A stretch of DNA of 32,000 nucleotides from Crenobacter intestini (lineage in GTDB: Bacteria > Pseudomonadota > Gammaproteobacteria > Burkholderiales > Chromobacteriaceae): the NCBI RefSeq assembly GCF_004919095.1, contig NZ_STGJ01000017.1, forward strand, positions 13,275 through 45,274, read 5' to 3'. Each line of letters opens with the position of its first letter. Position 1 is the first letter of the stretch. Shown here piece after piece: positions 1-9,806 of the stretch. The notes under the pieces were generated by a model. That model saw nothing but the letters and a program-made list of their open reading frames with translations. It searched no databases and was not told where the DNA came from. A program made the position numbers and the translations under genes.

Positions 1-39
1 CGGGTTGCCCAGGCCGACGATCAGGCGGATGGCGGACAT
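1..39 (-). CDS. pth: Peptidyl-tRNA hydrolase, N-terminal start only (partial at window edge)
   Basis: Reverse strand encodes MSAIRLIVGLGNP, the canonical Pth N-terminus; located immediately downstream of rplY as commonly seen. Confidence 0.85.
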   Translation of the reverse strand, partial: MSAIRLIVGLGNP

Positions 40-79
40 CTTCTACCTCCAGGCGTGTGGCCGGATAGCGCCGGCCATG

Positions 80-119
80 AAAAAGGCTCGCAGCCTCCCG
101 GACGGGACGCGGCGAGCCT
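80..119 (-). terminator. Rho-independent-like terminator after rplY
   Basis: Stem AGGCTCGC (84-91) pairs with GCGAGCCT (112-119); followed on the minus strand by a T-run (TTTTT). Confidence 0.55.
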
Positions 120-136
120 GGCTTGGCCGAAAGCGA

Positions 137-712
137 TTAGACGGCAGCGATACCGGTGGCGGTCGCCACGGTCGCGTTTTCGCCACGCGCCAGAGCGACC
201 AGTTCAACGCCTTCCGGCAGTTTCAGGTCGGACAGGTGCAGGATGGAGCCAGCGGACATGGCCGACAGGTCAGCTTCGACGAAGGACGGCAGAGCCGCCG
301 GCAGCGAGCGAACTTCGACTTCGGTCGCCACGTGGGTCACGCTACCGCTCTGCAGCTTGACGGCCGGGCAGACATCGCCGCCGACGAAGTGCAGCGGAAC
401 CTTCACGTTCACTTTCTGGTTCGGGTTCACGCGCTGGAAGTCGATGTGCATGACTTGCGCCTTGTACGGGTGCATCTGGAAGTCGCGCAGCAGCACGGCT
501 TCTTTGGCGCCGTCGATCACCAGGTCCAGCACGCTGGCGTGGAAAGCTTCTTCTTTCAGCGCGTAGAACAGGGTGTTGTGGTCCAGGGTCAGGGACACGG
601 CGTCCTTGTTGTCGCCGTAAACGACAGCCGGCACCTTGCCAGCGTGACGCAGGCGGCGGCTCGCACCCGTACCCATCTCTTCGCGCTTGGCAGCAATCAG
701 TTCGTAAGCCAT
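137..712 (-). CDS. rplY: 50S ribosomal protein L25/general stress protein Ctc
   Basis: 191-aa ORF MAYELIAAKREEMGTGASRRLRHAGKVPAVVYG...; typical L25/TL5/Ctc sequence and pth-rplY-prs order. Confidence 0.95.
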   Translation of the reverse strand: MAYELIAAKREEMGTGASRRLRHAGKVPAVVYGDNKDAVSLTLDHNTLFYALKEEAFHASVLDLVIDGAKEAVLLRDFQMHPYKAQVMHIDFQRVNPNQKVNVKVPLHFVGGDVCPAVKLQSGSVTHVATEVEVRSLPAALPSFVEADLSAMSAGSILHLSDLKLPEGVELVALARGENATVATATGIAAV

Positions 713-776
713 GGAAATACTCCGTTTATTTCAGGGTTGAATTCGATCCGCCCACCGCGACCAGCGGGCGAACCGT

Positions 777-1760
777 TTACGGCAGGCAGGCGCCTGTCGA
801 AACCAGATCCTCATTGAAGAGGTAGGACACCGACTCTTCGTTGTTGATGCGACGCAGGGTCTCGGCGATCAGCCCGGCGATCGAGCAGACGCGGATGCGG
901 CTGCTCTGGCGTGCCTGGGCCGACAGCGGGATGGTGTCCGTCACCACCACCTGGTCGATGTCCGAATTGTTGATGCGGTCTACCGCCTGGCCGGAGAACA
1001 CGGCGTGCGTCGCGTAGGCGAGCACGCGCTCGGCCCCGCGCTCTTTCAGCGCGGACGCGGCCTTGCACAGCGTGTTGGCGGTGTCGATCATGTCGTCGAC
1101 GATCAGGCAGGTACGGCCCGACACGTCACCGATGATGTTCATGACCTCGGCGACGTTGGCCTTCGGACGGCGCTTGTCGATGATCGCGAGGTCGGTGTTC
1201 AGTGCCTTGGCGACGGCACGCGCACGCACCACGCCGCCGACGTCCGGGCTGACCACGATCAGGTCTTCGATGCGCTGCGCGCGGATGTCTTTGAGCAGCA
1301 CCGGCGTCGCGTAGACGTTGTCCACCGGCATGTCGAAGAAGCCCTGGATCTGGTCGGCGTGCAGGTCGACGGTCAGCACGCGGTCGATGCCGGCGCTGGT
1401 CAGCATGTTGGCGACCAGCTTGGCGGTGATCGGCACGCGGGCCGAACGCGGACGACGGTCCTGGCGCGCGTAACCGAAGTACGGGATCGCCGCGGTAATC
1501 CGGCCGGCGGACGCACGCTTGAGCGCGTCGGCCATGGTCAGGATTTCCATCAGGTTGTCGTTGGTCGGCGCGCAGGTCGACTGCAGGATGAACACGTCGC
1601 GGCCGCGCACGTTCTCCAGCAGTTCGACGGCCACTTCGCCGTCGCTGAACTTGCCGACGTCGGCACGCCCCATCGAAATGTCCAGATGCTTGACTACATT
1701 CTGAGCCAGTTCCGGGTTTGCGGTCCCGGTAAATACCATCAAGCTGTCGTAAGCCGCCAT
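777..1760 (-). CDS. prs: Ribose-phosphate pyrophosphokinase
   Basis: [26 protein letters not shown]... with the PRPP synthase signature [24 protein letters not shown] and VSPDVGG. Start moved from the ORF-track start 1892 to the ATG at 1760. Confidence 0.96.
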   Translation of the reverse strand: MAAYDSLMVFTGTANPELAQNVVKHLDISMGRADVGKFSDGEVAVELLENVRGRDVFILQSTCAPTNDNLMEILTMADALKRASAGRITAAIPYFGYARQDRRPRSARVPITAKLVANMLTSAGIDRVLTVDLHADQIQGFFDMPVDNVYATPVLLKDIRAQRIEDLIVVSPDVGGVVRARAVAKALNTDLAIIDKRRPKANVAEVMNIIGDVSGRTCLIVDDMIDTANTLCKAASALKERGAERVLAYATHAVFSGQAVDRINNSDIDQVVVTDTIPLSAQARQSSRIRVCSIAGLIAETLRRINNEESVSYLFNEDLVSTGACLP

Positions 1761-1797
1761 CGCCAATTCGCCTGTCACTGAGCTGAATAAAGAAAAA

Positions 1798-1824
1798 GCG
1801 TGTAAGGGTTCCTTACACGCTTTT
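1798..1824. terminator. Bidirectional terminator between tRNA-Gln and prs
   Basis: Perfect 10-bp stem GCGTGTAAGG (1798-1807) / CCTTACACGC (1811-1820), loop GTT, T-tract on both sides. Confidence 0.75.
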
Positions 1825-1831
1825 CTGGATC

Positions 1832-1906
1832 TGGCTGAGGAGGTAGGGATCGAACCTACGAATGCCGGAATCAAAATCCGGTGCCTTACCACTTGGCGAC
1901 TCCCCA
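1832..1906 (-). tRNA. tRNA-Gln(TTG)
   Basis: Reverse strand TGGGGAGTCGCCAAGTGGTAAGGCACCGGATTTTGATTCCGGCATTCGTAGGTTCGATCCCTACCTCCTCAGCCA; anticodon loop TTTTGAT, encoded CCA. Confidence 0.95.
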
Positions 1907-1916
1907 GTAAACTGCT

Positions 1917-2765
1917 TCAGACCTTGTCGAACAACGGATGCGCCTGTAAACCCTTGGCGACGAACCCGTCGAATTTTCTCGACACTGCCTCGAAAATCTT
2001 GTTTGCCTGGCTCTGCGACCTGCACTCCAGAAACACACAACTACCGGAGCCGGTCATCAGCGGCGAACCGTATTGCGCCAGGTCATTCAGCGCCTCGTTC
2101 ACCACCGGGTACATCTCGCAAACAACTGACTGCAAATCGTTTTGTTTTTGCTGTGTCGTTTGGAGGACTCGAATTATGGAGAAACCGGTTTTTCCTGTCA
2201 ACACCCTTTGCGCGAAATTTTTGAAAATATCTGCTGTAGGCACATTTACTGGTGGTTTCAATACCACATACCACGCCTCGGGCACCTTGATTTCATTGAG
2301 TCTCTCGCCGATGCCCTGCGCACGCGCGGCACGCCCGAAAATGAAGACAGGCACGTCGGCGCCCAGTTGCACGCCCAGTTGCATCAGCGCTTCGCGGTCG
2401 AGGCCGCAGCCCCACAGCCGGTTGAGCGCGACCAGTACGGTCGCCGCGTCCGAACTGCCGCCGCCCAGCCCCCCGCCCATCGGGATACGTTTGGTCAGGC
2501 GGATGTTCACCCCCAGTGCGCTGCCACTCGCCTCTTTCAGCAGGCGCGCCGCGCGCACCGTCAGGTCCGCTTCGGCCGGCACGCCGGCGATCGGGTTGTC
2601 GAGTACCACCGCTCCGTCGTCGCGCAGCGCGAGCTCGACGGTGTCGGCGCGGTCGATGAAGACGAAGTCGGTATCGAGCAGATGGTAGCCATCTTCGCGG
2701 CGGCCGACGACGCGCAGCTCCAGGTTCAGTTTGGCCGGCGCGGGAAAGGCAAGGTAGTTGGACAT
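1917..2765 (-). CDS. ispE: 4-diphosphocytidyl-2-C-methyl-D-erythritol kinase
   Basis: 282 aa with LAFPAPAKLNLELRVVGRREDGYH and the GHMP kinase motif IPMGGGLGGGSSDAA; ispE-tRNA-Gln-prs order. Confidence 0.95.
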   Translation of the reverse strand: MSNYLAFPAPAKLNLELRVVGRREDGYHLLDTDFVFIDRADTVELALRDDGAVVLDNPIAGVPAEADLTVRAARLLKEASGSALGVNIRLTKRIPMGGGLGGGSSDAATVLVALNRLWGCGLDREALMQLGVQLGADVPVFIFGRAARAQGIGERLNEIKVPEAWYVVLKPPVNVPTADIFKNFAQRVLTGKTGFSIIRVLQTTQQKQNDLQSVVCEMYPVVNEALNDLAQYGSPLMTGSGSCVFLECRSQSQANKIFEAVSRKFDGFVAKGLQAHPLFDKV

Positions 2766-2805
2766 GGGTGTCTACAAGATATCTATATGGGGGAAGCGCC
2801 GGCGC

Positions 2806-3372
2806 TTACGGCGTGACGGCCAGCGGGTACGGCCGCCACTGGCTGGCGACGATGCGCAGCACGATGCCGTCGCGCGACAGTTCGATGCGCCGCGGGTAGG
2901 CCGAACCGGCCTCGTCGGCGGTGAAGCGGATCTGCCAGCCCTGCTGCTCGAGTGCGCCGTCGGGCAGCGTCACGGCCGGCACGCCCGGCGCGCGGTGTCC
3001 GCGCACCCACCACACCAGGTTGGACAAGGGCAGCGGCCAGCCGAGCACCTGTTCGGTCAGCGTCTCGACGTCGTCCGCCTGCCAGCGCTTGCCGTCGGCC
3101 TCCAGCACCACGCCCGCGGCGTCGCGGGTCACCCGTGCGACGGTGTTGCCCAGCGGCGTGTTGACCGACAGCGCGTCGCGCCCGGCGGCGTGCGTCCAGT
3201 CGAACTGGGCGAGCTGGCCCTTGCCGTCGACCTGCACCGACAGGCGGCCGGACAGCGCGAACGGCGCGTCCGCCACCATCTCCTGCTGCGGGCGGAACGC
3301 GACCTGCGTCGCGCACGCGCCAAGCAGCAGCGGCAGCGTCATGCACGCCGCGCGGATCAGCGCGCGCTTCAT
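2806..3372 (-). CDS. lolB: Outer membrane lipoprotein LolB
   Basis: MKRALIRAACMTLPLLLGACATQ lipobox, LSGRLSVQVDGKGQLAQFDWTH...WVRGHRAPG LolB-like body; upstream of ispE. Confidence 0.88.
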   Translation of the reverse strand: MKRALIRAACMTLPLLLGACATQVAFRPQQEMVADAPFALSGRLSVQVDGKGQLAQFDWTHAAGRDALSVNTPLGNTVARVTRDAAGVVLEADGKRWQADDVETLTEQVLGWPLPLSNLVWWVRGHRAPGVPAVTLPDGALEQQGWQIRFTADEAGSAYPRRIELSRDGIVLRIVASQWRPYPLAVTP

Positions 3373-5093
3373 GGCGCGAAGCGCCGCATGGTTTCGAGCA
3401 GCACCGGATGGTCCGGCGCCTTCGCGCGCTCGGCCTGCCACAGCTTGCGCGCCTCAGCGCGCCGGCCGAGCGTCCACAGCACTTCGCCTAGGTGCGCGGC
3501 GACCTCGGGGTCGGGCATTGCCTTGTACGCCCGTTCGAGGTAGGGCAAGGCGTCGGCGCTGCGGCCGGCCTTGAACAGCGCCCAGCCCATGCTGTCGAGG
3601 ATCATCGGGTTGTCCGGGTCGGCCCTCAGCGCCTGCTCGACCAGACGCAGCCCCTCGGTGTGGCGGCCGGTGCGGTTGACGAGCAGGTAGCCCAGCGCGT
3701 TCAGCCCCTGCGCGTCGTCGGCCTTCTGCTTGAGGTAGGCGCGCAGGTCGCGCTCGGCGGCCTTGTAGTCGCCCCGCTGCTCCAACACCAGCGCGCGCTC
3801 GTACAAGAGTTCGGGGCTGTCCGGCTGGTCGGCCAGCGCGGTGTCGAGGTAGCGCTCGGCCAGGTCCAGCCGTCCGGCCTCGCGGGCAAACTGCGACTGG
3901 TAGAGCACCAGCTGCACCTGCTCGGCCGCCGTCGCGTCGAGCGCGCCCATGCGCGCGAGCACCGCGTCGACGTCGCCATCCTTCAGGTCGAGCGCGGCGA
4001 GGCGTATCTGCGCCGGCAAGTAGTGCTGTCCGGGCGCAACCTGCGCGTACCACCTGCGCGCTTCCTGCGGCGCCTTGTTCGCCTCGGCCAATTGCCCAAG
4101 CGTCAGACGCAGGTAGTCGGCCTCTGGGTGGCCGCCTGCGAGCGCCTGCTCGAGGTAGGGGCCGGCGGCAGCCAGGTCGCGCAACTGGAACGAGAGCAGA
4201 CCCAGCGCGTAGAGGATGTCGGGGTTGCCCGGGTTGCGCCCGAGCGCGGCGGCGAACGCGTCGCGCGCCTCGGGGAAGCGCTTGCCGTTCACCAGGAGGC
4301 GCGGGTACGCGAGCTGCAGCTCGACGCCGGCCTGCGGGCGGCGGGCGAGTTCGCGCGCAAGGAAGGTAAGCGCCGCGTCGTTGCCCTTCTGGCGCAGGCG
4401 GTCGACCTGCCAGGCGACCGGCAAGTCCCAGCGCGGGGCGACGCGGGCGAGCGTGTCGAATTCCGCGGCCACCGCCTGCTCGTCCCCCGCCTCGGCCGCT
4501 GCCGACAGCACCGCGAAGCGCGCCTCGGGCAGTTCGGGAAACGGCGTGGCCAGCCTCTGCACCAGCGCGTACGCCTGCTTCGGGTCGCTCTGCCGCGAAG
4601 TGAGGCGCGCCAGTTGCACGAACACCGCGGCCGCACGCTCAGGGTGGTCGGCCAGCAGGCGGCTGACCAGCGCCTCGCTGTCGGAGAGCTTGCCGCCGCG
4701 CAACTGCGCAACCAGCAGTTGTTCGCGGGCAAGGTCGGACGCGGGGTCGAGCTCGACCCACTTCTCGAGCGCCTGTGTCGCCGTCGTCAGCTGGCCTGCG
4801 AGCATCGCGAACTCGGCCGCGCGCCGCGCGAGGCGCGGGTCGTTCAGCTCGCGCGCGAGCTCAAGATAAGTGGCGGCGGAGACTGCCGACGCGCCGCGCT
4901 GCGCGGCCAGTTCGCTGGCGAGCACGCCGTAGACGATCTGCGGCGTCAGCGGGTGCGCGGGCAGCTTCGCTTCGGTCGCGGCAGGCGCCGCAGCCACTGC
5001 CGGCGCGGCGGGCTTGGCCGGCGTACGCAGTTGGGCACAGCCGGAGAGCAACAGCGCGGACAAGGACACGCACAAGGAAAAATACGTTTTCAT
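3369..5093 (-). CDS. TPR-repeat lipoprotein
   Basis: MKTYFSLCVSLSALLLSGCAQLRTP lipobox followed by many TPR-like helical repeats; its end overlaps the lolB start by 4 nt. Confidence 0.85.
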   Translation of the reverse strand: MKTYFSLCVSLSALLLSGCAQLRTPAKPAAPAVAAAPAATEAKLPAHPLTPQIVYGVLASELAAQRGASAVSAATYLELARELNDPRLARRAAEFAMLAGQLTTATQALEKWVELDPASDLAREQLLVAQLRGGKLSDSEALVSRLLADHPERAAAVFVQLARLTSRQSDPKQAYALVQRLATPFPELPEARFAVLSAAAEAGDEQAVAAEFDTLARVAPRWDLPVAWQVDRLRQKGNDAALTFLARELARRPQAGVELQLAYPRLLVNGKRFPEARDAFAAALGRNPGNPDILYALGLLSFQLRDLAAAGPYLEQALAGGHPEADYLRLTLGQLAEANKAPQEARRWYAQVAPGQHYLPAQIRLAALDLKDGDVDAVLARMGALDATAAEQVQLVLYQSQFAREAGRLDLAERYLDTALADQPDSPELLYERALVLEQRGDYKAAERDLRAYLKQKADDAQGLNALGYLLVNRTGRHTEGLRLVEQALRADPDNPMILDSMGWALFKAGRSADALPYLERAYKAMPDPEVAAHLGEVLWTLGRRAEARKLWQAERAKAPDHPVLLETMRRFAP

Positions 5094-5145
5094 AGGGTTT
5101 CCCGTTAAGCGCCTAGAATAGCATGTCGTCCACCGGAGGCTCAGC

Positions 5146-5964
5146 ATGCCAGAACTGCCAGAAGTCGAAACCACCCGCCGCGGCGTCGAAGCGTTGCTGA
5201 CCGGCGCCACCGTGCGCGATGTCGTCGTGCGCAACGGCGCCTTGCGCTGGCCGGTGCCGCCCGACTTGCCGGCCATCCTCACCGGGCAACGCATCGAACG
5301 CGTCGCGCGCCGCGCCAAGTATCTGTTGGTCGAATGCGCGCAAGGCACGCTGATCATTCATCTGGGCATGTCCGGCAGCCTGCGTTTCGTCGACACCGGC
5401 ACCCCGCCCGAGAAGCACGACCATGTCGACATCGTGCTGGGCAGCGGCCATACGCTGCGCTACCGCGACCCACGCCGCTTCGGCGCGGTGCTGTGGCAAT
5501 ACGGCGACGCCCGCAGCCACCCGCTGCTTGCCCGCCTCGGCCCCGAACCGCTGTCCGACGCCTTCGACGGCGACGTGCTGCACAGGGCGACGCGCAAACG
5601 CTCCGGCGCGATCAAGGTCGCGCTGATGGACAACGCGCTGGTGGTCGGCGTCGGCAATATCTACGCGAACGAGGCACTGTTCATCGCCGGCGTACACCCG
5701 GCGCGCGCCGCGTGCGGACTTGACCGCGACGCCTGCCACCGGCTCGCGGACGCGGTACGCGACGTGCTCACCCGTGCCATCGCCGCCGGCGGCAGCACGC
5801 TGCGCGATTTTGTCGACGCCGTCGGCAAGCCCGGCTACTTCCAGCAGCAGTATTTCGTGTACGGGCGCACCGACCTGCCCTGCCTGCGCTGCGGCACGCC
5901 GATCCGCGCCCTGCGCCTCGCACAGCGGACCGCGTTCTTTTGCCCGCATTGCCAGCCATGCTAG
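5146..5964 (+). CDS. mutM: Formamidopyrimidine-DNA glycosylase
   Basis: MPELPEVETTRRGVEALL N-terminus, GNIYANEALF, C-terminal zinc finger CLRCGTPI...FFCPHCQ. Confidence 0.97.
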   Translation: MPELPEVETTRRGVEALLTGATVRDVVVRNGALRWPVPPDLPAILTGQRIERVARRAKYLLVECAQGTLIIHLGMSGSLRFVDTGTPPEKHDHVDIVLGSGHTLRYRDPRRFGAVLWQYGDARSHPLLARLGPEPLSDAFDGDVLHRATRKRSGAIKVALMDNALVVGVGNIYANEALFIAGVHPARAACGLDRDACHRLADAVRDVLTRAIAAGGSTLRDFVDAVGKPGYFQQQYFVYGRTDLPCLRCGTPIRALRLAQRTAFFCPHCQPC

Positions 5965-6821
5965 AGTGCGCCTTTGCCCGACCCCGCCAAACCCCCGTGA
6001 GCACCAAGACCACCCCGTATCTCGTGCGCGCCTGGCGCCTGACCCGCATGCTGCTGCACGTGCTGCACGGCGCGCTGATCCTCGCCGTGCGCTACCCCCG
6101 CCTGACCAACCCCGAACGCGCGGTGATCACCCGCGCGTGGGCACGCAAGATGCTCGACATCTTCGGCGTGAGGCTGGCCATCCGCGGCGACAATCCGGGC
6201 TTCTACCCGGCCAATACCCTGCTGGTCGCCAACCATGTGTCGTGGCTGGACATCATCGCGCTCTCCGGCGGTACGGTGTCGCGCTTCGTCGCCAAGAAGG
6301 AAATCCGCACCTGGCCTGCCATCGGCTGGATGGCGGCCAACGGCGGCACGCTGTTCATCGACCGCAGCAACCGCCGCGACGCCAGCCGCGTCAACGGCCA
6401 GCTGGCCGAGGCGCTCGAGCAGGGCGGCTGCATGTCGGTATTTCCGGAAGGGACGACCAGCGACGGCTTCGGCCTGTTGCCGTTCAAGTCGTCCCTGTTC
6501 GAGTCGGCGGTGATCGCCGGCAGCCAGGTGCAGCCGGTGGCGATCCGCTACCTGGACGAGACGGGCGCGCTGACCGACAAGGTGGCCTTTATCGGCGAGG
6601 CGACCATCGCCCAGACGCTGGGCCGCCTGCTCGCGACGCGGCGCCTGACCGTCGAGCTGGTTTACGGCCAACGCCTGCAGGCCGGCGCGCCGGGGCTCGC
6701 CACCCGCTTCGAGCTGTCGGCCGCCGCGCGCGAAGAGATCCTCGCCGCGCTGGGCCTCAAGGAAGAGCGCGTAGAGGCGCCGTGCGACCAGGCTGCCGAC
6801 CCGGCGCTCGCGCCGAACTGA
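5940..6821 (+). CDS. 1-acyl-sn-glycerol-3-phosphate acyltransferase (PlsC-like); start uncertain
   Basis: NHVSWLDIIAL (HX4D), FIDRSNRRD, VFPEGTTSDG acyltransferase motifs. The first codons overlap mutM, so a start downstream of 5940 is likely. Confidence 0.88.
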   Translation: MPALPAMLECAFARPRQTPVSTKTTPYLVRAWRLTRMLLHVLHGALILAVRYPRLTNPERAVITRAWARKMLDIFGVRLAIRGDNPGFYPANTLLVANHVSWLDIIALSGGTVSRFVAKKEIRTWPAIGWMAANGGTLFIDRSNRRDASRVNGQLAEALEQGGCMSVFPEGTTSDGFGLLPFKSSLFESAVIAGSQVQPVAIRYLDETGALTDKVAFIGEATIAQTLGRLLATRRLTVELVYGQRLQAGAPGLATRFELSAAAREEILAALGLKEERVEAPCDQAADPALAPN

Positions 6822-6822
6822 G

Positions 6823-7641
6823 CTAGCCGATCGCCCGAAACGCCGGGCAAGGCTGGGCGAACACCTGCCTGTCCTCCAGCCTTAACGCAGTCAGGCTGCC
6901 GCCCCACAGGCAGCCGCTGTCGATCGCGCACACGTCCTCTTCCATCCGCAAGCCAAGCGCCGACCAGTGCCCGCACACGATGGGCGTGCCGGCGCTCTTG
7001 CGCCCCGGCGCGTCAAACCACGGCACCAGGTTGGCCGGCGCGTCCGGCAGCTCGCCCTTGAACGCGAAGTCGATCTCGCCGTCGCGCCCGACCAGCCGCA
7101 TCCGCGTCATCGCGTTGACCGTCAGCCGCATGCGGTCGATGCCGCGCAGCTCCTCGCTCCAGCGCGCAGGCTTGTTGCCGTACATCCTGGAGAGGAAATA
7201 CCGGTAGTCCTTGCCGGCGAGCGTCTCCTCCACCTCTTCGGCGAGATCCAGCGCCTTCTCGATGTCCCACTGCGGCAACAGGCCCGCGTGCACCATCGCC
7301 CACTCGCCGTCATACAGCATCAGCGGCTGGCAGCGCAGCCAGTCGAGCATCAGCTTGCCGTCGGACGCGTCGAGGATGGGCGTGAGGGTGTCGCTCTTGC
7401 CCAAGCGGCCGTAACCCTCGGCCACCGCCAGCAGGTGCAGGTCGTGGTTGCCGAGCACCATGTGCAGCGAATCCTGGTGGCGGAACGCCCAGCGCAACAC
7501 GTCGAGCGAGCCCGGCCCGCGGTTGACCAGGTCGCCGGTCAGCCACAGCGTGTCGCGCGACGGGCTGAAGTCGATGCGTTGCAACAAGTCGAGCAGGGGC
7601 TGGTAGCAGCCCTGGATATCGCCGATGGCGTAGGTGGACAT
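6823..7641 (-). CDS. apaH: Bis(5'-nucleosyl)-tetraphosphatase, symmetrical
   Basis: MSTYAIGDIQGCYQPLLDLL...GDLVNRGPGSLDVLR...VLGNHDLHLLA; start at 7641 rather than 7689. Confidence 0.95.
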   Translation of the reverse strand: MSTYAIGDIQGCYQPLLDLLQRIDFSPSRDTLWLTGDLVNRGPGSLDVLRWAFRHQDSLHMVLGNHDLHLLAVAEGYGRLGKSDTLTPILDASDGKLMLDWLRCQPLMLYDGEWAMVHAGLLPQWDIEKALDLAEEVEETLAGKDYRYFLSRMYGNKPARWSEELRGIDRMRLTVNAMTRMRLVGRDGEIDFAFKGELPDAPANLVPWFDAPGRKSAGTPIVCGHWSALGLRMEEDVCAIDSGCLWGGSLTALRLEDRQVFAQPCPAFRAIG

Positions 7642-7736
7642 GGCAGGCCTTGCAAGCGGGAGTCTTTGTCTGTGGCCATGATACCGCAAGGGGGCGTGCT
7701 AGAATGCCCACCCGCACCACCGCCCCCCGCCCGCCG

Positions 7737-9740
7737 ATGTCCACCCTGCTCAACCCCCCGCAACGCGAAGCCATCCACTACCTGGACGGCCCCCTGCTCG
7801 TGCTCGCCGGCGCAGGCTCGGGCAAGACGCGGGTGATCACCTTCAAGATCGCGCACCTGATCCGCGAGGGCGGCATCAGCGCGCGCAATATCGCGGCGAT
7901 CACCTTCACCAACAAGGCGGCGCGCGAGATGATGGAGCGCGCGGCCAAGCTGCTGTCGTCCGAGGAAATCCGCGGGCTGACCGTGTCGACCTTCCACTCG
8001 CTGGGCATGCAGATCCTCAGGCAGGAGGCGCCGCACCTCGGCTACAAGCCGCAGTTCTCCATCCTCGACGCGTACGACGCGGGCAAGATCATCTCCGACA
8101 TCCTCAAGAGCACCGCCAAGGACGAGGTGCGCAGGGTGCAGAGCCAGATCTCGCTGTGGAAGAACGACTTCAAGACGCCGGACCAGGTGCTGCTGGACGC
8201 CGGCAACGAGTGGGAATCGGTGTGTGCGCGCACCTACCTCTCCTACCAGGCGACGCTAGCCGCCTACCAGGCGGTCGACTTCGACGACCTGATCCGGCTG
8301 CCGGTCGAGCTGTTCGAGCGTTTCCCCGAGGTGCTTGGCAAGTGGCAGAACAAGCTGCGCTACCTGCTGCTCGACGAATACCAGGACACCAACACCTGCC
8401 AGTACCGGCTGGTGAAGCTGCTCACCGGCGTGCGCGGCATGTTCACCGCGGTCGGCGACGACGACCAGAGCATCTACGCGTGGCGCGGCGCCAATATGGA
8501 AAACCTGCGCCTGCTGCAGCAGGACTTCCCCAAACTCAAGATCATCAAGCTCGAACAGAACTACCGCTCGACCGTGCGCATCCTGCGCGCGGCCAACTCG
8601 GTGATCGCCAACAACCCCAAGCTGTTTGAAAAGCAGTTGTGGAGCGAACTGGGCCTGGGCGAGCCCATTCACGTCGTGCAATGCAAAGATGAAGAGCACG
8701 AGGCGGAAACCGTCGTGCAGCGGCTCCTGGCGCACAAGTTCGAGTGCCGCACCGACTTCAAGGACTACGCGATCCTCTACCGCGGCAACTACCAGGCGCG
8801 CATCTTCGAGCAGGCGCTGCGCACCCACAAGGTGCCATACCAGATGGCCGGCGGGCAGAGCTTCTTCGACAAGCCCGAGATCAAGGACGTGCTCTCCTAT
8901 ATGCGGCTGGTCACCAACCCGGACGACGACCCGGCCTTCATCCGTGCGCTGACCACGCCCAAGCGCGGCGTCGGCGCGGTGACGCTGGAGAAGCTCGGCG
9001 CGTGGGCCGGCCAGCGCCAGGTCAGCCTGTTCGCCGCCGCGCACGAGACCGGTTTCCAGAGCCAGGTGCAGGCGGCGCAGCTCGAGCCGCTGACCCAGTT
9101 CTGCGCCTTCATCGACGCGCTGAAGATGCGCGCGCTGCGCGAGGGCGCCGGCACGCTGATCCTCGAGATGCTCGGTGCGATCGGCTACGAGGCGTGGCTG
9201 TACGACAGCGAGGACAGCCCGCGCGCCGCCGAGAACAAGTGGAAGAACGTGCTGGAACTGGCCGCGTGGCTGACCCGCAAGGGCGACGAGGACAACAAGA
9301 ACCTGATCGAGCTCACGCAGACCATCGCGCTGATCACCATGCTCGAGGGGCGCGACGAGGGCGAGGTCGACGCGGTGAAGATGTCGACGCTGCACGCGTC
9401 CAAGGGGCTGGAGTACCCGCACGTGTTCCTGGTCGGCTGCGAGGAAGGCATCCTGCCGCACAGCGAATCGGTCGACAACGGCATGGTCGAGGAGGAGCGC
9501 CGGCTGATGTACGTCGGCATCACCCGCGCGCAGAGGAGCCTGACCCTCAGCTACTGCGTGAAGCGCAAACGCGCCGGCGAGTGGCAGTTCGTCGACCCCT
9601 CGCGCTTCATCAGCGAGATCGGTGAAGGCGACCTGCGCCACTTCGGCCGCCCGGGCGCCGAACCCCTAGTCAGCAAGCAGGAAGGCAAGAGCCGGCTGGC
9701 CAACCTGAGCGCGCTGTTGGACGCCAAGAAGCGCGACTGA
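7737..9740 (+). CDS. rep: ATP-dependent DNA helicase Rep (UvrD family)
   Basis: LNPPQREAIHYLDGPLLVLAGAGSGKTRVI, DEYQDTN, GDDDQSIYAWRGA, EQNYRST and SGLxY-like motifs; possible alternative start at 7704. Confidence 0.93.
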   Translation: MSTLLNPPQREAIHYLDGPLLVLAGAGSGKTRVITFKIAHLIREGGISARNIAAITFTNKAAREMMERAAKLLSSEEIRGLTVSTFHSLGMQILRQEAPHLGYKPQFSILDAYDAGKIISDILKSTAKDEVRRVQSQISLWKNDFKTPDQVLLDAGNEWESVCARTYLSYQATLAAYQAVDFDDLIRLPVELFERFPEVLGKWQNKLRYLLLDEYQDTNTCQYRLVKLLTGVRGMFTAVGDDDQSIYAWRGANMENLRLLQQDFPKLKIIKLEQNYRSTVRILRAANSVIANNPKLFEKQLWSELGLGEPIHVVQCKDEEHEAETVVQRLLAHKFECRTDFKDYAILYRGNYQARIFEQALRTHKVPYQMAGGQSFFDKPEIKDVLSYMRLVTNPDDDPAFIRALTTPKRGVGAVTLEKLGAWAGQRQVSLFAAAHETGFQSQVQAAQLEPLTQFCAFIDALKMRALREGAGTLILEMLGAIGYEAWLYDSEDSPRAAENKWKNVLELAAWLTRKGDEDNKNLIELTQTIALITMLEGRDEGEVDAVKMSTLHASKGLEYPHVFLVGCEEGILPHSESVDNGMVEEERRLMYVGITRAQRSLTLSYCVKRKRAGEWQFVDPSRFISEIGEGDLRHFGRPGAEPLVSKQEGKSRLANLSALLDAKKRD

Positions 9741-9759
9741 AGCCGTTGCTCTCCCCCAA

Positions 9760-9793
9760 ATAGAAAACGCCGCGCGATGCGCGGCGTTTTCTC
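9760..9793. terminator. Terminator between convergent rep and cytochrome c genes
   Basis: AAAACGCCGCGC GAT GCGCGGCGTTTT perfect inverted repeat with A/T flanks. Confidence 0.85.
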
Positions 9794-9806
9794 TGGCAAA
9801 GCAGCC

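Noticed and set aside
3492-5108. 538-aa plus-strand ORF opposite the TPR lipoprotein
   Set aside because: Low-complexity, His/Arg/Val-rich antisense frame; the opposite strand encodes a clear TPR lipoprotein with lipobox.
8256-9641. 461-aa minus-strand ORF opposite rep
   Set aside because: Antisense frame of a conserved helicase gene; no recognisable domain.
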